Assembly (NCBI GenBank): GCA_964422145.1
Contig: CAYQZV010000004.1
Location: forward strand, 53,323 to 117,322
Direction: 5' to 3'
Length of the DNA: 64,000 nucleotides
Source: an uncultured bacterium
Lineage (GTDB): Bacteria; Fidelibacterota; Marinisomatia; Marinisomatales; JACNKV01
Shown here piece after piece: positions 19,947 through 29,252 of this stretch. The number at the start of each line of letters is the position of its first letter. The first letter of the stretch is position 1. The position numbers and the translations under genes were made by a program. The notes under the pieces are model-generated. The model did no database searches and was not told the origin of the DNA. It saw only the letters and a list, made by a program, of their open reading frames with translations.

Positions 19947-20963
19947 TCAAATACTATGCTGTTTTTGATGGAATTCAGGGCTGTTGAATTTATCATCATC
20001 TGAATCCCCATCAACATCTGGTTTTTTCTTCGGAGCTTTTTTCTTCGGTTTCCGTTTCCGTTCAACGGGCTGCTCTTCTAAATCAAACTCCTCTGAAAAC
20101 ATTTTTCGACTGGTTTCTTTTTTCCGCTGGAAGAAAATCCGTTTCTTCGGTTTCGGAACTTCCTCTGCTCCGACAGCTTCAAGATCTTCATCTGTCTCTT
20201 TGATTTCTTCTGGTTCTTCTTTTTTCACGCTTTTCTTCAACGAGTCTTCATCAAAACTGAACACTTCCGGATTCACCATCCCATAGATCGTTCCGTATCC
20301 GCGGGTGATCCCGTTTCCGACTCCGATGTAATTCGGCAACATAAAGTTTGTCCGAAATTCCCCGAAGAACGATCCCCAGTTATTTTCATCCACCGGTTTC
20401 GGGAATAAAGACGTCAGCGCTAATTTTGTGTAAATTTTGTCTTCGATGTCTATTCCCATCTCCCGTGCTAAAAACACAATGTTTTGCCCGAGCAGACGGT
20501 TTAAGTACGTGATCCGTTCAGTATTATTCAAGAATCTGTATCGGTTTCCAGTCGTTTGGTTCAACGCTACCCAAGGGGTGATAAATCGATAGCGGATCAA
20601 TCGATCAACCGGCTTGAATCGGTCGTCAATCTCTTCAATATCGACATCCATGACCTGAAACGTAATGTTCCCGAAGTCGAGTACATCCAGTTTCTTGGCT
20701 AATGACAAAACCGGCTCGACACCTTCATGAACCCCGATGATGTAAATTTGCTCATTCAGAATTTTAACCTGAACCCGGGGATACAAAAAATGTTCTCTGT
20801 ATCGTCCGTCCAAAAGTGGGACAATATGTTCTTCGGGGAAATGGCTGATGAAAACACCTTTGACTTGGTAAGGCGTTTTTCTCACCGGTTTATCCGTAAT
20901 GACTCTTACAATTACGGTTTTTATGATTCTCTCTTCTATATTCGGAGATAGCTGTTCATTCAT
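19947..20963 (-). CDS. cas6: Stand-alone Cas6b-like RAMP protein with charged C-terminal tail
   Basis: YPRVQVK, YRFITPWVALNQ, FFGEFRTNFMLPNYIGVGNGITRGYGTI (Cas6 G-rich loop GhGxxxxxGhG). Confidence 0.82.
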   Translation of the reverse strand: MNEQLSPNIEERIIKTVIVRVITDKPVRKTPYQVKGVFISHFPEEHIVPLLDGRYREHFLYPRVQVKILNEQIYIIGVHEGVEPVLSLAKKLDVLDFGNITFQVMDVDIEEIDDRFKPVDRLIRYRFITPWVALNQTTGNRYRFLNNTERITYLNRLLGQNIVFLAREMGIDIEDKIYTKLALTSLFPKPVDENNWGSFFGEFRTNFMLPNYIGVGNGITRGYGTIYGMVNPEVFSFDEDSLKKSVKKEEPEEIKETDEDLEAVGAEEVPKPKKRIFFQRKKETSRKMFSEEFDLEEQPVERKRKPKKKAPKKKPDVDGDSDDDKFNSPEFHQKQHSI

Positions 20964-21020
20964 ATATACCTCATAAATAAATAGATTATTTACTACACCA
21001 ATGCTGGAATATAGGACTTT

Positions 21021-22268
21021 TTATCTTCCCATAGTATTTAAAAATTCTTCATTGTCTTTTGTGCGTCTCATCTTATCCAACATGAATTCCATCGCTTCAA
21101 TCGTATTCATTTCATCGAGCAGTTTCCGTAAAATCCACATCCGGCCGGTTCCCAGCTTGGAGAGAAGCAGTTCTTCTTTTCGCGTCCCGGAACGGATAAT
21201 ATCAAATGCAGGGAACAAGCGGCGGTCGCTGAGTTTCCGGTCCAGAACCAGTTCCATATTTCCCGTTCCTTTGAACTCTTCAAAGATGACATCATCCATC
21301 CGGCTGCCAGTGTCGACCAATGCGGTTGCGATGATGGTCAGACTTCCGCCTTCTTCCGTATTCCGTGCGGCACCGAAAAACTGTTTTGGTTTTTTCAACG
21401 CGTTGGCATCCACACCACCGGACAGAATCTTTCCGCTATGCGGGATGACGGCATTATGCGCACGTCCCAGCCGGGTAAGACTGTCAAGCAGGATCACAAC
21501 ATCCTCTCCGTATTCGACCATTCGTTTTGCTTTTTGAAGCACCATATCGGTCACGGCAACGTGGCGTTCCGGCGGCTCATCAAACGTTGAGCTGACAACT
21601 TCAGCGTCCACATTGCGTTTCATATCTGTGACTTCTTCCGGTCGTTCATCGATCAGTAAGATCAGCATTTTTGTATCAGGATGATTTTTCCTGATCGCGT
21701 TGGCGATTTTCTGCAGCAGAACGGTTTTCCCGGTTTTTGGCTGGGCAACGATCATACCCCGCTGCCCTTTTCCGATCGGTGAGATCAGGTCCATGATCCG
21801 CATGGACATGTTTTTCTGATCGGTATCCAGATTGAATTTTTCATCCGGATGAAGCGGGGTGTAATTATCAAACATAATGGCTTTTTTCATGTCTTCTATC
21901 GGCCGGTCATTCACCATTTCTGTTTTTAATAACGCATAAAATCGTTCTTTGGCTTTCGGCGGACGTATCTGCCCATAAACCGAATGACCGGTTCGCAATC
22001 CGAGGCGTTTAATTTGCGACGGGCTGACATAAATATCATCCGGTCCGGGGAGATAGTTAAAATCTGCACTGCGAAGGAATCCGTACCCGTCTGACATGAC
22101 TTCCAAGACACCTTTTGCATACAGTGTATTGTCTTTATCGTCCCGTTCCTGAAGAATACGCATGATCAGCGCTTGTTTATTCAGTCCCGAGTACCCTTTA
22201 ATATTCAATTCTTGAGCAAGCTTCGTCAATTCCTTGATTTTGAGGGAATGGAGCTTATTCACATCCAT
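21021..22268 (-). CDS. rho: Transcription termination factor Rho
   Basis: [57 protein letters not shown]. Confidence 0.99.
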   Translation of the reverse strand: MDVNKLHSLKIKELTKLAQELNIKGYSGLNKQALIMRILQERDDKDNTLYAKGVLEVMSDGYGFLRSADFNYLPGPDDIYVSPSQIKRLGLRTGHSVYGQIRPPKAKERFYALLKTEMVNDRPIEDMKKAIMFDNYTPLHPDEKFNLDTDQKNMSMRIMDLISPIGKGQRGMIVAQPKTGKTVLLQKIANAIRKNHPDTKMLILLIDERPEEVTDMKRNVDAEVVSSTFDEPPERHVAVTDMVLQKAKRMVEYGEDVVILLDSLTRLGRAHNAVIPHSGKILSGGVDANALKKPKQFFGAARNTEEGGSLTIIATALVDTGSRMDDVIFEEFKGTGNMELVLDRKLSDRRLFPAFDIIRSGTRKEELLLSKLGTGRMWILRKLLDEMNTIEAMEFMLDKMRRTKDNEEFLNTMGR

Positions 22269-22363
22269 AATAGATAGTCCTTTAATTATTGATTTTTCCG
22301 GGGGAAAAGAGATTTATATAAAACCTTGCGGTAAATCGGTTACATCCGACGCGACAAGTTACA

Positions 22364-23638
22364 TTAAATGATCCCTTTGTCAAAGAAAAAACCGAAACGC
22401 TCATAAACAGCAGTTGCAATATAATGACTGCCGAAAATCAGCCCCGGTTTATCGTCTGAAATTGTCTCTTCTAATCGTTGAATGGCATGGATAAATTCAT
22501 CGTCTCGAATCGTGGGAATTCTCACTTGACTCATCGATGCTTCCAGTGCATCAGCACTCATCAATCCGGTTTCGGGGCACGATGTCACAATCAGGGATGA
22601 AAATCCTTCTGACAAAATGGAATGCATTTTCTGCAATTCTTTGTCAGCTTTCAGCACAAAAACACCGACCGGTTTTTCTGTGTATTGATTTTTCAGCCAG
22701 CGTAAAACGGCTTGAATTCCGTGTTCATTATGAGCCACATCATAATAAATCGGACGGTCAGAACTTAGACGTTGTATCCGCCCCGGCCATTGTGTTTTTT
22801 GCAGGCCGGCATTGATCGTTTCTGAGGCGATATCGGGTATAAACTCACGAACCGTTGAAATAGCTGTCGCTGTGTTCAGGGCTTGATATTCCCCCAACAA
22901 TGGAGTGACAAATGTCTCGTTTTGATATAAAAATTCTGTTCCGTTTAATCCGGTTTGTATAATACGAAGGTCTTTCTGTTTCACCTGGTGAATCGGGGCG
23001 AATCTTTCTTTGGCCGTTTTCAGGATCACATGTTCTGCTTCCCGCTGTTGTTCCGCTAAAATCAACGGCGTGGACGGTTTGATGATTCCGGCTTTTTCAC
23101 CGGAAATTGATGTCAGTGTATCGCCTAAAAACTCCGTGTGGTCCATTCCGATCGGTGTGATCACCGTGATCTCAGGAACAATGACATTTGTTGAATCCAA
23201 TCTCCCCCCGAGTCCTGTCTCAATAACGGCAACATCCACCCGGCATTGTTTGAAATAACTGAATGCCATCGCCGTCGTCGTTTCAAAAAATGTGGATTGA
23301 ATTTCTTCGATATCGTGCTGATGCTGCTGAACAAAGTCAATAATATCATTGTCTGAAATTGGAATGCCGTTTACACGGATTCGCTCATTAAACTTGATCA
23401 AATGCGGCGATGTATAAAGTCCGACCGTCAATCCCTGCTCTCGAAGCATAGATGCGATCATGGTGCAAGTGGAGCCTTTTCCGTTTGTTCCGGCAACGTG
23501 AATAGCGCGAAACGTATCCTCTGGATGTTGGCATCGTTTTAATAATTCTTTTGTGTGACCGAGGCCGACCTTGATCCCCTTTCGCTCTAAACCGAAAAGA
23601 TATTGAAGAAGGGGATCAATCGATTTATCAGTGACCAA
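22364..23638 (-). CDS. folC: Folylpolyglutamate/dihydrofolate synthase
   Basis: HVAGTNGKGS, YTSPHL, ETGLGGRLDSTN, WPGR, DVAHN. Confidence 0.96.
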   Translation of the reverse strand: MVTDKSIDPLLQYLFGLERKGIKVGLGHTKELLKRCQHPEDTFRAIHVAGTNGKGSTCTMIASMLREQGLTVGLYTSPHLIKFNERIRVNGIPISDNDIIDFVQQHQHDIEEIQSTFFETTTAMAFSYFKQCRVDVAVIETGLGGRLDSTNVIVPEITVITPIGMDHTEFLGDTLTSISGEKAGIIKPSTPLILAEQQREAEHVILKTAKERFAPIHQVKQKDLRIIQTGLNGTEFLYQNETFVTPLLGEYQALNTATAISTVREFIPDIASETINAGLQKTQWPGRIQRLSSDRPIYYDVAHNEHGIQAVLRWLKNQYTEKPVGVFVLKADKELQKMHSILSEGFSSLIVTSCPETGLMSADALEASMSQVRIPTIRDDEFIHAIQRLEETISDDKPGLIFGSHYIATAVYERFGFFFDKGII

Positions 23639-23672
23639 AGGGGTTATCTCGAAAATAAATTAAAGCGGAAAG

Positions 23673-24476
23673 TTATGGAAGATGTACGGTCTGAGCTTCA
23701 TGAATCGTTTCACCGAGAAACCGTTCCGCAACCACTTGAAACCGAGCCGGTAAGTCTGTCACAAAACACTGTAAGGCTCCGCTTTCACTTCGTTCTGAAA
23801 ACAGTTGATTCTCTTTTAAAATATCATCTGTCTTTTCTGCGACGACATCTGCGGAATCGACCAACGTAACCTGATTGTCAAGAGCACGGCGAATGGACGG
23901 TTTTAATAACGGATAATGCGTACATCCAAGGATCAGTGTATCAATGGATTTATTTTTCATCTCATCCAAATACTCATGAACGATTAAATCCGTGGCAGGC
24001 TCGTTTAACCATCCTTCTTCGACAAGCGGAACAAACAGCGGGCAGTCCTTACTTTCCACCTGAATTGCTTCATCCTGCTGAAGAAGACCATTCTGATAAG
24101 CACCGGAGGAAATGGTGGCAATGGTGCCGATCACACCGACATGCCGGTTTTTCGTCACGCGTAGAGCCGCATCCACACCGGGTTCAATTACGCCGATCAA
24201 TGGAACTGAAATAGATTGCTGCAGTACATCCAGCGCTAAAGCGGAGGCCGTATTGCAGGCAACCACAATCATTTTTGCGCCTTTTTCTATCAGAAACTCA
24301 GCGATCTGAAGTGAATATTCCTGAATGAGTTTTTGGCTTTTGTTTCCGTACGGGACCCGCGCGGTATCACCTAAATACACGACCGATTCATTCGGAAGGA
24401 TTTTCCGAATGGCTTTGACAACTGTTAATCCGCCTAAGCCGGAATCAAATACACCAATGGGTTGATCATTTAACAT
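23673..24476 (-). CDS. murI: Glutamate racemase
   Basis: FDSGLGGLTV, VACNTAS, LGCTHYP. Confidence 0.97.
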   Translation of the reverse strand: MLNDQPIGVFDSGLGGLTVVKAIRKILPNESVVYLGDTARVPYGNKSQKLIQEYSLQIAEFLIEKGAKMIVVACNTASALALDVLQQSISVPLIGVIEPGVDAALRVTKNRHVGVIGTIATISSGAYQNGLLQQDEAIQVESKDCPLFVPLVEEGWLNEPATDLIVHEYLDEMKNKSIDTLILGCTHYPLLKPSIRRALDNQVTLVDSADVVAEKTDDILKENQLFSERSESGALQCFVTDLPARFQVVAERFLGETIHEAQTVHLP

Positions 24477-24491
24477 CGTTTTCCTAATAGA

Positions 24492-25973
24492 CTATCCTTC
24501 TGCCAATACTTTTTCCCGCGATTTTTTAAATTGAACTATCGCTTTGTAAATGCCTTCTGCTACCTGCTGACGATAAGCTGCTTTTTTCAGTTTCCTTTCT
24601 TCACTCGGATTAGATAAAAACCCAACTTCAACCAAAACATTCGGCATGCTTGCCCCGATCAGCACATAAAACCCCGCCTGCTTCACACCGCGGTTTTTTG
24701 ACGTAATCTTTTTCGATAATTCTGATTGAACAATGGCAGCAAAATCTTCACTTTCTTTCATAAACATGGCTTGGGCCATTGTCGCCATGATCAAATTTTC
24801 TCCGGTAAGGGATTCGTATTTCTTTTTCCCGGTTTTTTCCAAACTGATCACCGCATTTTCCCGAGAGGATACTTCGATGGCATCATCCGTTTTACCCGGA
24901 CGCAGTAAATAAGTTTCATAGCCCTTCACATTACGATTCGGATTCGCATTGACATGGATACTGACAAATAATTTTCCGTCATTTTCGTTCGCTATTTTTG
25001 TTCGCTTCCACAATGGGATGAACACATCTTCATCTCGGGTATACACCACTTTTGTCCGCGTATTTTTTTCGAGCATCATTCCGACACGCTTCGTGATATC
25101 GAGCGTAATGTCTTTCTCTTTAGTACCATATTTCCCGACGGTTCCGCCGTCTTTCCCGCCATGCCCTGCATCAAGGATAACCGTATCCATTCTCCAGCGG
25201 TTTTTAACGGAATTGATTCGAGCTGCACTTTTTGACAACGGACTGCGCAATGTCACTACGATCTCATTCGGATCATGGCTTTGGTAAAACTCATACCCTT
25301 CAATGTCTGATCGGAGTTTTAACGCCAGCTGAACGGATTCATCCATTTGATCATAGGTAACTAACTGAACCACACCACGGGTTTCAGTCCTCTGCAGCTC
25401 AGCCGCATCAACAAGTCCGCCGTTAATCGTCACATAAAACCACCCGTTTTGATGCTTAAAAACGCTGATGTCCCCCTCGTTAAAAAATTTGCTTGTCTTG
25501 ATCCTCAGAATCGTTCCGTTGGCTTTTTCATCAATAGCCAAGGAGTTGATATTGAATCGGGTCAATTGAAATTCAAGGATCTGTTTGTAAGAATCGTAAT
25601 GAATCCCCGGTAACGCAGTTGACCGCAAGATGGCAAAAAAAGCTTCAGCGGGGAGAAAAATATCATCCGATTTTTTGATGGCTGAAACGGGCATTTGAAA
25701 AACGGTTCCGTCAACAATCACATATCCGGATTCCGCAGAAATTTTAATGCGATGGTCACCGATATACAGAACGATTTTTTCCCGCTCTTCATTTTTATAC
25801 AAATGCGTCGATAAAATACGCGCCAAATCATTGACGGAAACATACGTTCCGGTCATTTTCGACAGGGTGCGAAGTTCATCTTCGAGTTGTTCTGTACGGT
25901 TCACGACTTGGATTGAAGCAGCCGCCGTGCTCACAAACATCAGGATAAAAAGAATATATCTGCGGATATTCAT
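24492..25973 (-). CDS. N-acetylmuramoyl-L-alanine amidase (Amidase_3) with N-terminal AMIN-like domains
   Basis: Signal peptide; DAGHGGKD, EKDITL, FVSIHVN, LVEVGFLSN. Confidence 0.93.
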   Translation of the reverse strand: MNIRRYILFILMFVSTAAASIQVVNRTEQLEDELRTLSKMTGTYVSVNDLARILSTHLYKNEEREKIVLYIGDHRIKISAESGYVIVDGTVFQMPVSAIKKSDDIFLPAEAFFAILRSTALPGIHYDSYKQILEFQLTRFNINSLAIDEKANGTILRIKTSKFFNEGDISVFKHQNGWFYVTINGGLVDAAELQRTETRGVVQLVTYDQMDESVQLALKLRSDIEGYEFYQSHDPNEIVVTLRSPLSKSAARINSVKNRWRMDTVILDAGHGGKDGGTVGKYGTKEKDITLDITKRVGMMLEKNTRTKVVYTRDEDVFIPLWKRTKIANENDGKLFVSIHVNANPNRNVKGYETYLLRPGKTDDAIEVSSRENAVISLEKTGKKKYESLTGENLIMATMAQAMFMKESEDFAAIVQSELSKKITSKNRGVKQAGFYVLIGASMPNVLVEVGFLSNPSEERKLKKAAYRQQVAEGIYKAIVQFKKSREKVLAEG

Positions 25974-26026
25974 AGCATGTAATTTATCTTTTCGAATGTT
26001 TCAGGAGCAAGGTCAGAACCAACGAA

Positions 26027-27847
26027 TTACAAATTCGCTTCCACCATCAACGCATAGTCATATAAATCCAGTGTAAACGATTCTGTTGATTGCATTGAAA
26101 AACGTATCCCAAAGCAATAACGTGGTCGATCAATCATCACCTTCCCGGACAGCGAAACACCTGTCTTTGCATACATTCGGCTCATCATTTCTCCCGGAAG
26201 ATTCAAATTCCAAATGTATATTCTTGAAGGGTAACCCTCTACCTTTGTGATCACGGATTGAGCCCAAATTGAAAGCCATTGTTGTTTATACCCTGTTTGT
26301 ACTTCTGTGCCGTATCCTTTTTCACCGCAGGATGCTGTCGCGACCCACTGTCCCTTCAAATTCCAACCGTTTTCCCATTTTCTTTTGATCCAAATTTTGA
26401 TGGTCTCTCTTTTTATAGATGAAGGATTGGTTTCGGTCCAATTTCCTCCGTCTTCCGCTGATTTATCTTCTGCTTTCCATTGAAATCGTAATTCAGTTTG
26501 GTTTTTCTTCCAATCCGCACGAATCCCGTTTTCATACCCAAATCTCGGTGCGGTGTTCACCTCCGAAAACCAGTCACCGAATGCTGTGATCTTTATTTTT
26601 CCTGCGGATAGTTTCAATCCCTGATAAAGGCCGTTTTCTCCATGAGGAACACCCGACCACTCGGCCACCGGGTTGGATCGCAGTCCTGTATAACCATTGG
26701 GATAATATCGAGCAGAAAAAATATAGCTGAGACCTTTTTGCTTGAAGATTACTCCGGACATCATTCCGATTGTTTCATTTATTTTGCATACTTCGCTAAA
26801 TAATTTGCCTGAATCTGACAATCTTCTTTCACCAAATACGGATACCGAATAGGTTGATTCAACAGTACTCTGTGTCTCCCATTTTCCGTAGGAACTAACA
26901 ACTCCAAAATAGGATGTCGAACGAGAGGCGGTCCACATCCCTGCAAATGTTGCCTCTTTAATCTGGTTTTTTCTTGAAACGGAAAGGTCTGTATCGTGAT
27001 AACCAGTATGACTCAAATGAATCCCAGTTTCATCAGTATAACCGTCATGAAAATTAGTTCCGGCAGAGACTGTCCACTGCCCAAAATCAGTTAATGTTGA
27101 AACCCCGATTCCGCGAAATGCCCAAGACTCGTGACTCGAACGGTATGCCAATAATCCTTTTCCGTGTCGATGCAAGATATTAATCGTTTCAAATCCTTTC
27201 TGCTTCGGAAATCCTCCCCAAAGGTTTAATCCGTACCCCGCCTTGATTTGATGGTCGCCAATAATCCAACGATGTTTTTTTGTTGATCCTGTTATATAGG
27301 CGGAACCAAAATCGATAATATTATTCTCCCCGGGATCACGCTCCGCAATCAATCCTGCTTGAAGTGATTCGCTTTTCCCCCGCATGCGCCATTGGTATTT
27401 TGTGTCATCGCGACTCACCATCATTTGTCTGATCCAAATCGCATTGGATGTGTTTATTGTTTTACTCCCGATGATAAGGAGAAGCGCCTTACACGGTTCA
27501 GATAAATGAGGAAGGTTCGCTAAATCTTTAAGAGTGTTAATCTCATAATGCTGATCCAGAATAGTAATGTCTTCATCCGTGATAAAAGATAACGATTCCA
27601 CCAGCGGAAACCATATCTCCTTTTCATAAATATAGGGCAGCTGTTCGATAATAATTTGTTCATCTTCAGAAATTTGATCTTCAGGATCAAGCCCCAAATC
27701 GGATATCAAAATTTCCGTCGAACCACGTAACCCAATATTAATGATGCAAAGACATACCCACGCTGACCTGATGAGATAGTTGATTGATGTTTTGATTAAG
27801 TGCTGCTGCATATTCAATGTACAGTTCATGTCGGTTAAAAACCACAC
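26027..27847 (-). CDS. ComEA/helix-hairpin-helix-associated outer-membrane protein of FCB type (start uncertain, probably downstream of 27847)
   Basis: Degenerate HhH-like N-terminus; IIGDHQIKAGYGLNLW; beta-strand-rich C-terminal part. Confidence 0.5.
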   Translation of the reverse strand: MWFLTDMNCTLNMQQHLIKTSINYLIRSAWVCLCIINIGLRGSTEILISDLGLDPEDQISEDEQIIIEQLPYIYEKEIWFPLVESLSFITDEDITILDQHYEINTLKDLANLPHLSEPCKALLLIIGSKTINTSNAIWIRQMMVSRDDTKYQWRMRGKSESLQAGLIAERDPGENNIIDFGSAYITGSTKKHRWIIGDHQIKAGYGLNLWGGFPKQKGFETINILHRHGKGLLAYRSSHESWAFRGIGVSTLTDFGQWTVSAGTNFHDGYTDETGIHLSHTGYHDTDLSVSRKNQIKEATFAGMWTASRSTSYFGVVSSYGKWETQSTVESTYSVSVFGERRLSDSGKLFSEVCKINETIGMMSGVIFKQKGLSYIFSARYYPNGYTGLRSNPVAEWSGVPHGENGLYQGLKLSAGKIKITAFGDWFSEVNTAPRFGYENGIRADWKKNQTELRFQWKAEDKSAEDGGNWTETNPSSIKRETIKIWIKRKWENGWNLKGQWVATASCGEKGYGTEVQTGYKQQWLSIWAQSVITKVEGYPSRIYIWNLNLPGEMMSRMYAKTGVSLSGKVMIDRPRYCFGIRFSMQSTESFTLDLYDYALMVEANL

Positions 27848-28559
27848 CGCAGGTTAATTCTGCGGGATCTGAACAAAATCCGGATGAAATTCCAAGTCCA
27901 TCAATTGGGAAATATATCACGCCAAAACTAAATCGTTTTTGATAGTCCAGCTCATGCATCCATTGGATGGATGCAAATAACCCCTCATATAATTCTTTGC
28001 TGATCCCCGTGATCATTCCCTGTGACAATGACTCTTTGTCTTCACCTACAGTCGGGGCGTTGATGTTTTGGAGAGCCGTTGTCCAGTAAAGTCCGTCCAT
28101 AATCTGAAAGCGCCAAGAGAGATTGAGTCCGGCGGTTATGTCAGACCCATAATGTTTAATGTAAAGTTGATACAAATTGATTGAAGCACCGACCACTAAT
28201 TTTTCATTCCAAGCATGCCCAAAAGAGATACCTAAAATCGTTTCCCGACAAATTGGGTTCCCAAAGGTTCCACCCACTATTCCGATATTCACATTTTTTA
28301 AATGTAATGTCCCGGCACCATATCCGTATTGCAAGTCCGGCTGATTAAACAAACGCCCCCATGAAACTTCAGCCGTTTTGTTTGACTGCATCACTAGTGC
28401 GGGATGTGTGAGTATATCCAATGGGTGTACAATCGGTAACTCAATGCTTCGCCCGGTACTCATTCTCATGGTTGAATAGGGTTTATGTTCGAATGCTCCA
28501 AAGCATTGCGAGATGAGTGTGATCCATAACATCACACATAAAGTCCATTTATGTTTCAT
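27738..28559 (-). CDS. Exported PorV/PorQ-like beta-barrel protein
   Basis: Signal peptide; HPA at the NPA-motif position; alternating strands. Confidence 0.5.
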   Translation of the reverse strand: MKHKWTLCVMLWITLISQCFGAFEHKPYSTMRMSTGRSIELPIVHPLDILTHPALVMQSNKTAEVSWGRLFNQPDLQYGYGAGTLHLKNVNIGIVGGTFGNPICRETILGISFGHAWNEKLVVGASINLYQLYIKHYGSDITAGLNLSWRFQIMDGLYWTTALQNINAPTVGEDKESLSQGMITGISKELYEGLFASIQWMHELDYQKRFSFGVIYFPIDGLGISSGFCSDPAELTCGVVFNRHELYIEYAAALNQNINQLSHQVSVGMSLHH

Positions 28560-28580
28560 ATAGTTTACAGGTTAAAGAAT

Positions 28581-28616
28581 AAAAAAATAGCGCCCCTATT
28601 TCAGAGGCGCTATTTT
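28581..28616 (-). terminator. Intrinsic terminator after the small-protein pair
   Basis: AAAATAGCGCC...GGCGCTATTTT stem followed by a U-tract on the minus strand. Confidence 0.85.
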
Positions 28617-28630
28617 CAGGTGTGTTTGGC

Positions 28631-28858
28631 TTACTTCTTCTGATACCACATTGCTATGATGATCAACGCCAGTAATCCAGCCAATCCGCCTTCACCGAAT
28701 TGACCAACTACTCGTCCAATACCGGCTATTACTCCGAAGTAGTCATCGAAAAGAATTCCGACGATTACGCCGACGACGATTAGCGTTTTTAGTAATTCCA
28801 CTAAATCACCGAGCCATTTATTAACGAATTCTAAAGCGTTTTTCATTTGTTCCTCCAT
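28631..28858 (-). CDS. Small hydrophobic protein (75 aa; or 71 aa from the second ATG after GGAGG)
   Basis: Amphipathic helix-TM-amphipathic helix-TM; GGLAGLLAL. Confidence 0.85.
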   Translation of the reverse strand: MEEQMKNALEFVNKWLGDLVELLKTLIVVGVIVGILFDDYFGVIAGIGRVVGQFGEGGLAGLLALIIIAMWYQKK

Positions 28859-28890
28859 TAATCTGTAATTAACAGATTTATCTTATGTGG

Positions 28891-29100
28891 TTAGTCCAGA
28901 AAAGAAATAAAGAACAGCAGGGCTAATAAGCCCGGGAATCCTCCATCAAGAAATGCATTGACTAAGTCAACGATTCCACCAATAGGATCAAACCCTGTTG
29001 CGTAAATGATGTTCGCAAAAACAAAGAGTACTACTAACCCTTTGATTAAGCTTACAATTCCTTGGACTACGTTTTGCACTGTTGCACTTACGTCAGCCAT
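28891..29100 (-). CDS. Small hydrophobic protein (69 aa), paralog of 28631..28858
   Basis: Strong AAGGAGG ribosome-binding site; same layout; GGFPGLLAL. Confidence 0.85.
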   Translation of the reverse strand: MADVSATVQNVVQGIVSLIKGLVVLFVFANIIYATGFDPIGGIVDLVNAFLDGGFPGLLALLFFISFLD

Positions 29101-29127
29101 AATTACCTCCTTGGTTTGTTTATCAAC

Positions 29128-29157
29128 AAAAATGGGGGCACTTCATTCCCCCATTTT
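29128..29157 (-). promoter_or_regulatory. Terminator-like hairpin in the leader of the small-protein operon
   Basis: AAAATGGGGG-N9-CCCCCATTTT followed by TGTT, about 18 nt upstream of the ribosome-binding site. Confidence 0.65.
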
Positions 29158-29252
29158 AACAAGTCTTTATGAATTATGTAATTTTTGCTGTGTTTTAATC
29201 ATTCAATAAACGGAATTTACACAAAATTCAAGATATTACAACATTTTTTATA

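Noticed and set aside
19802-21020. CRISPR array near the cas6-like gene, including TTCAATGAAAC at about 19830
   Set aside because: No repeat-spacer periodicity here or elsewhere in the window.
21001-21537. 178-aa antisense ORF within rho
   Set aside because: Ser/Phe-rich shadow ORF typical of the reverse frame.
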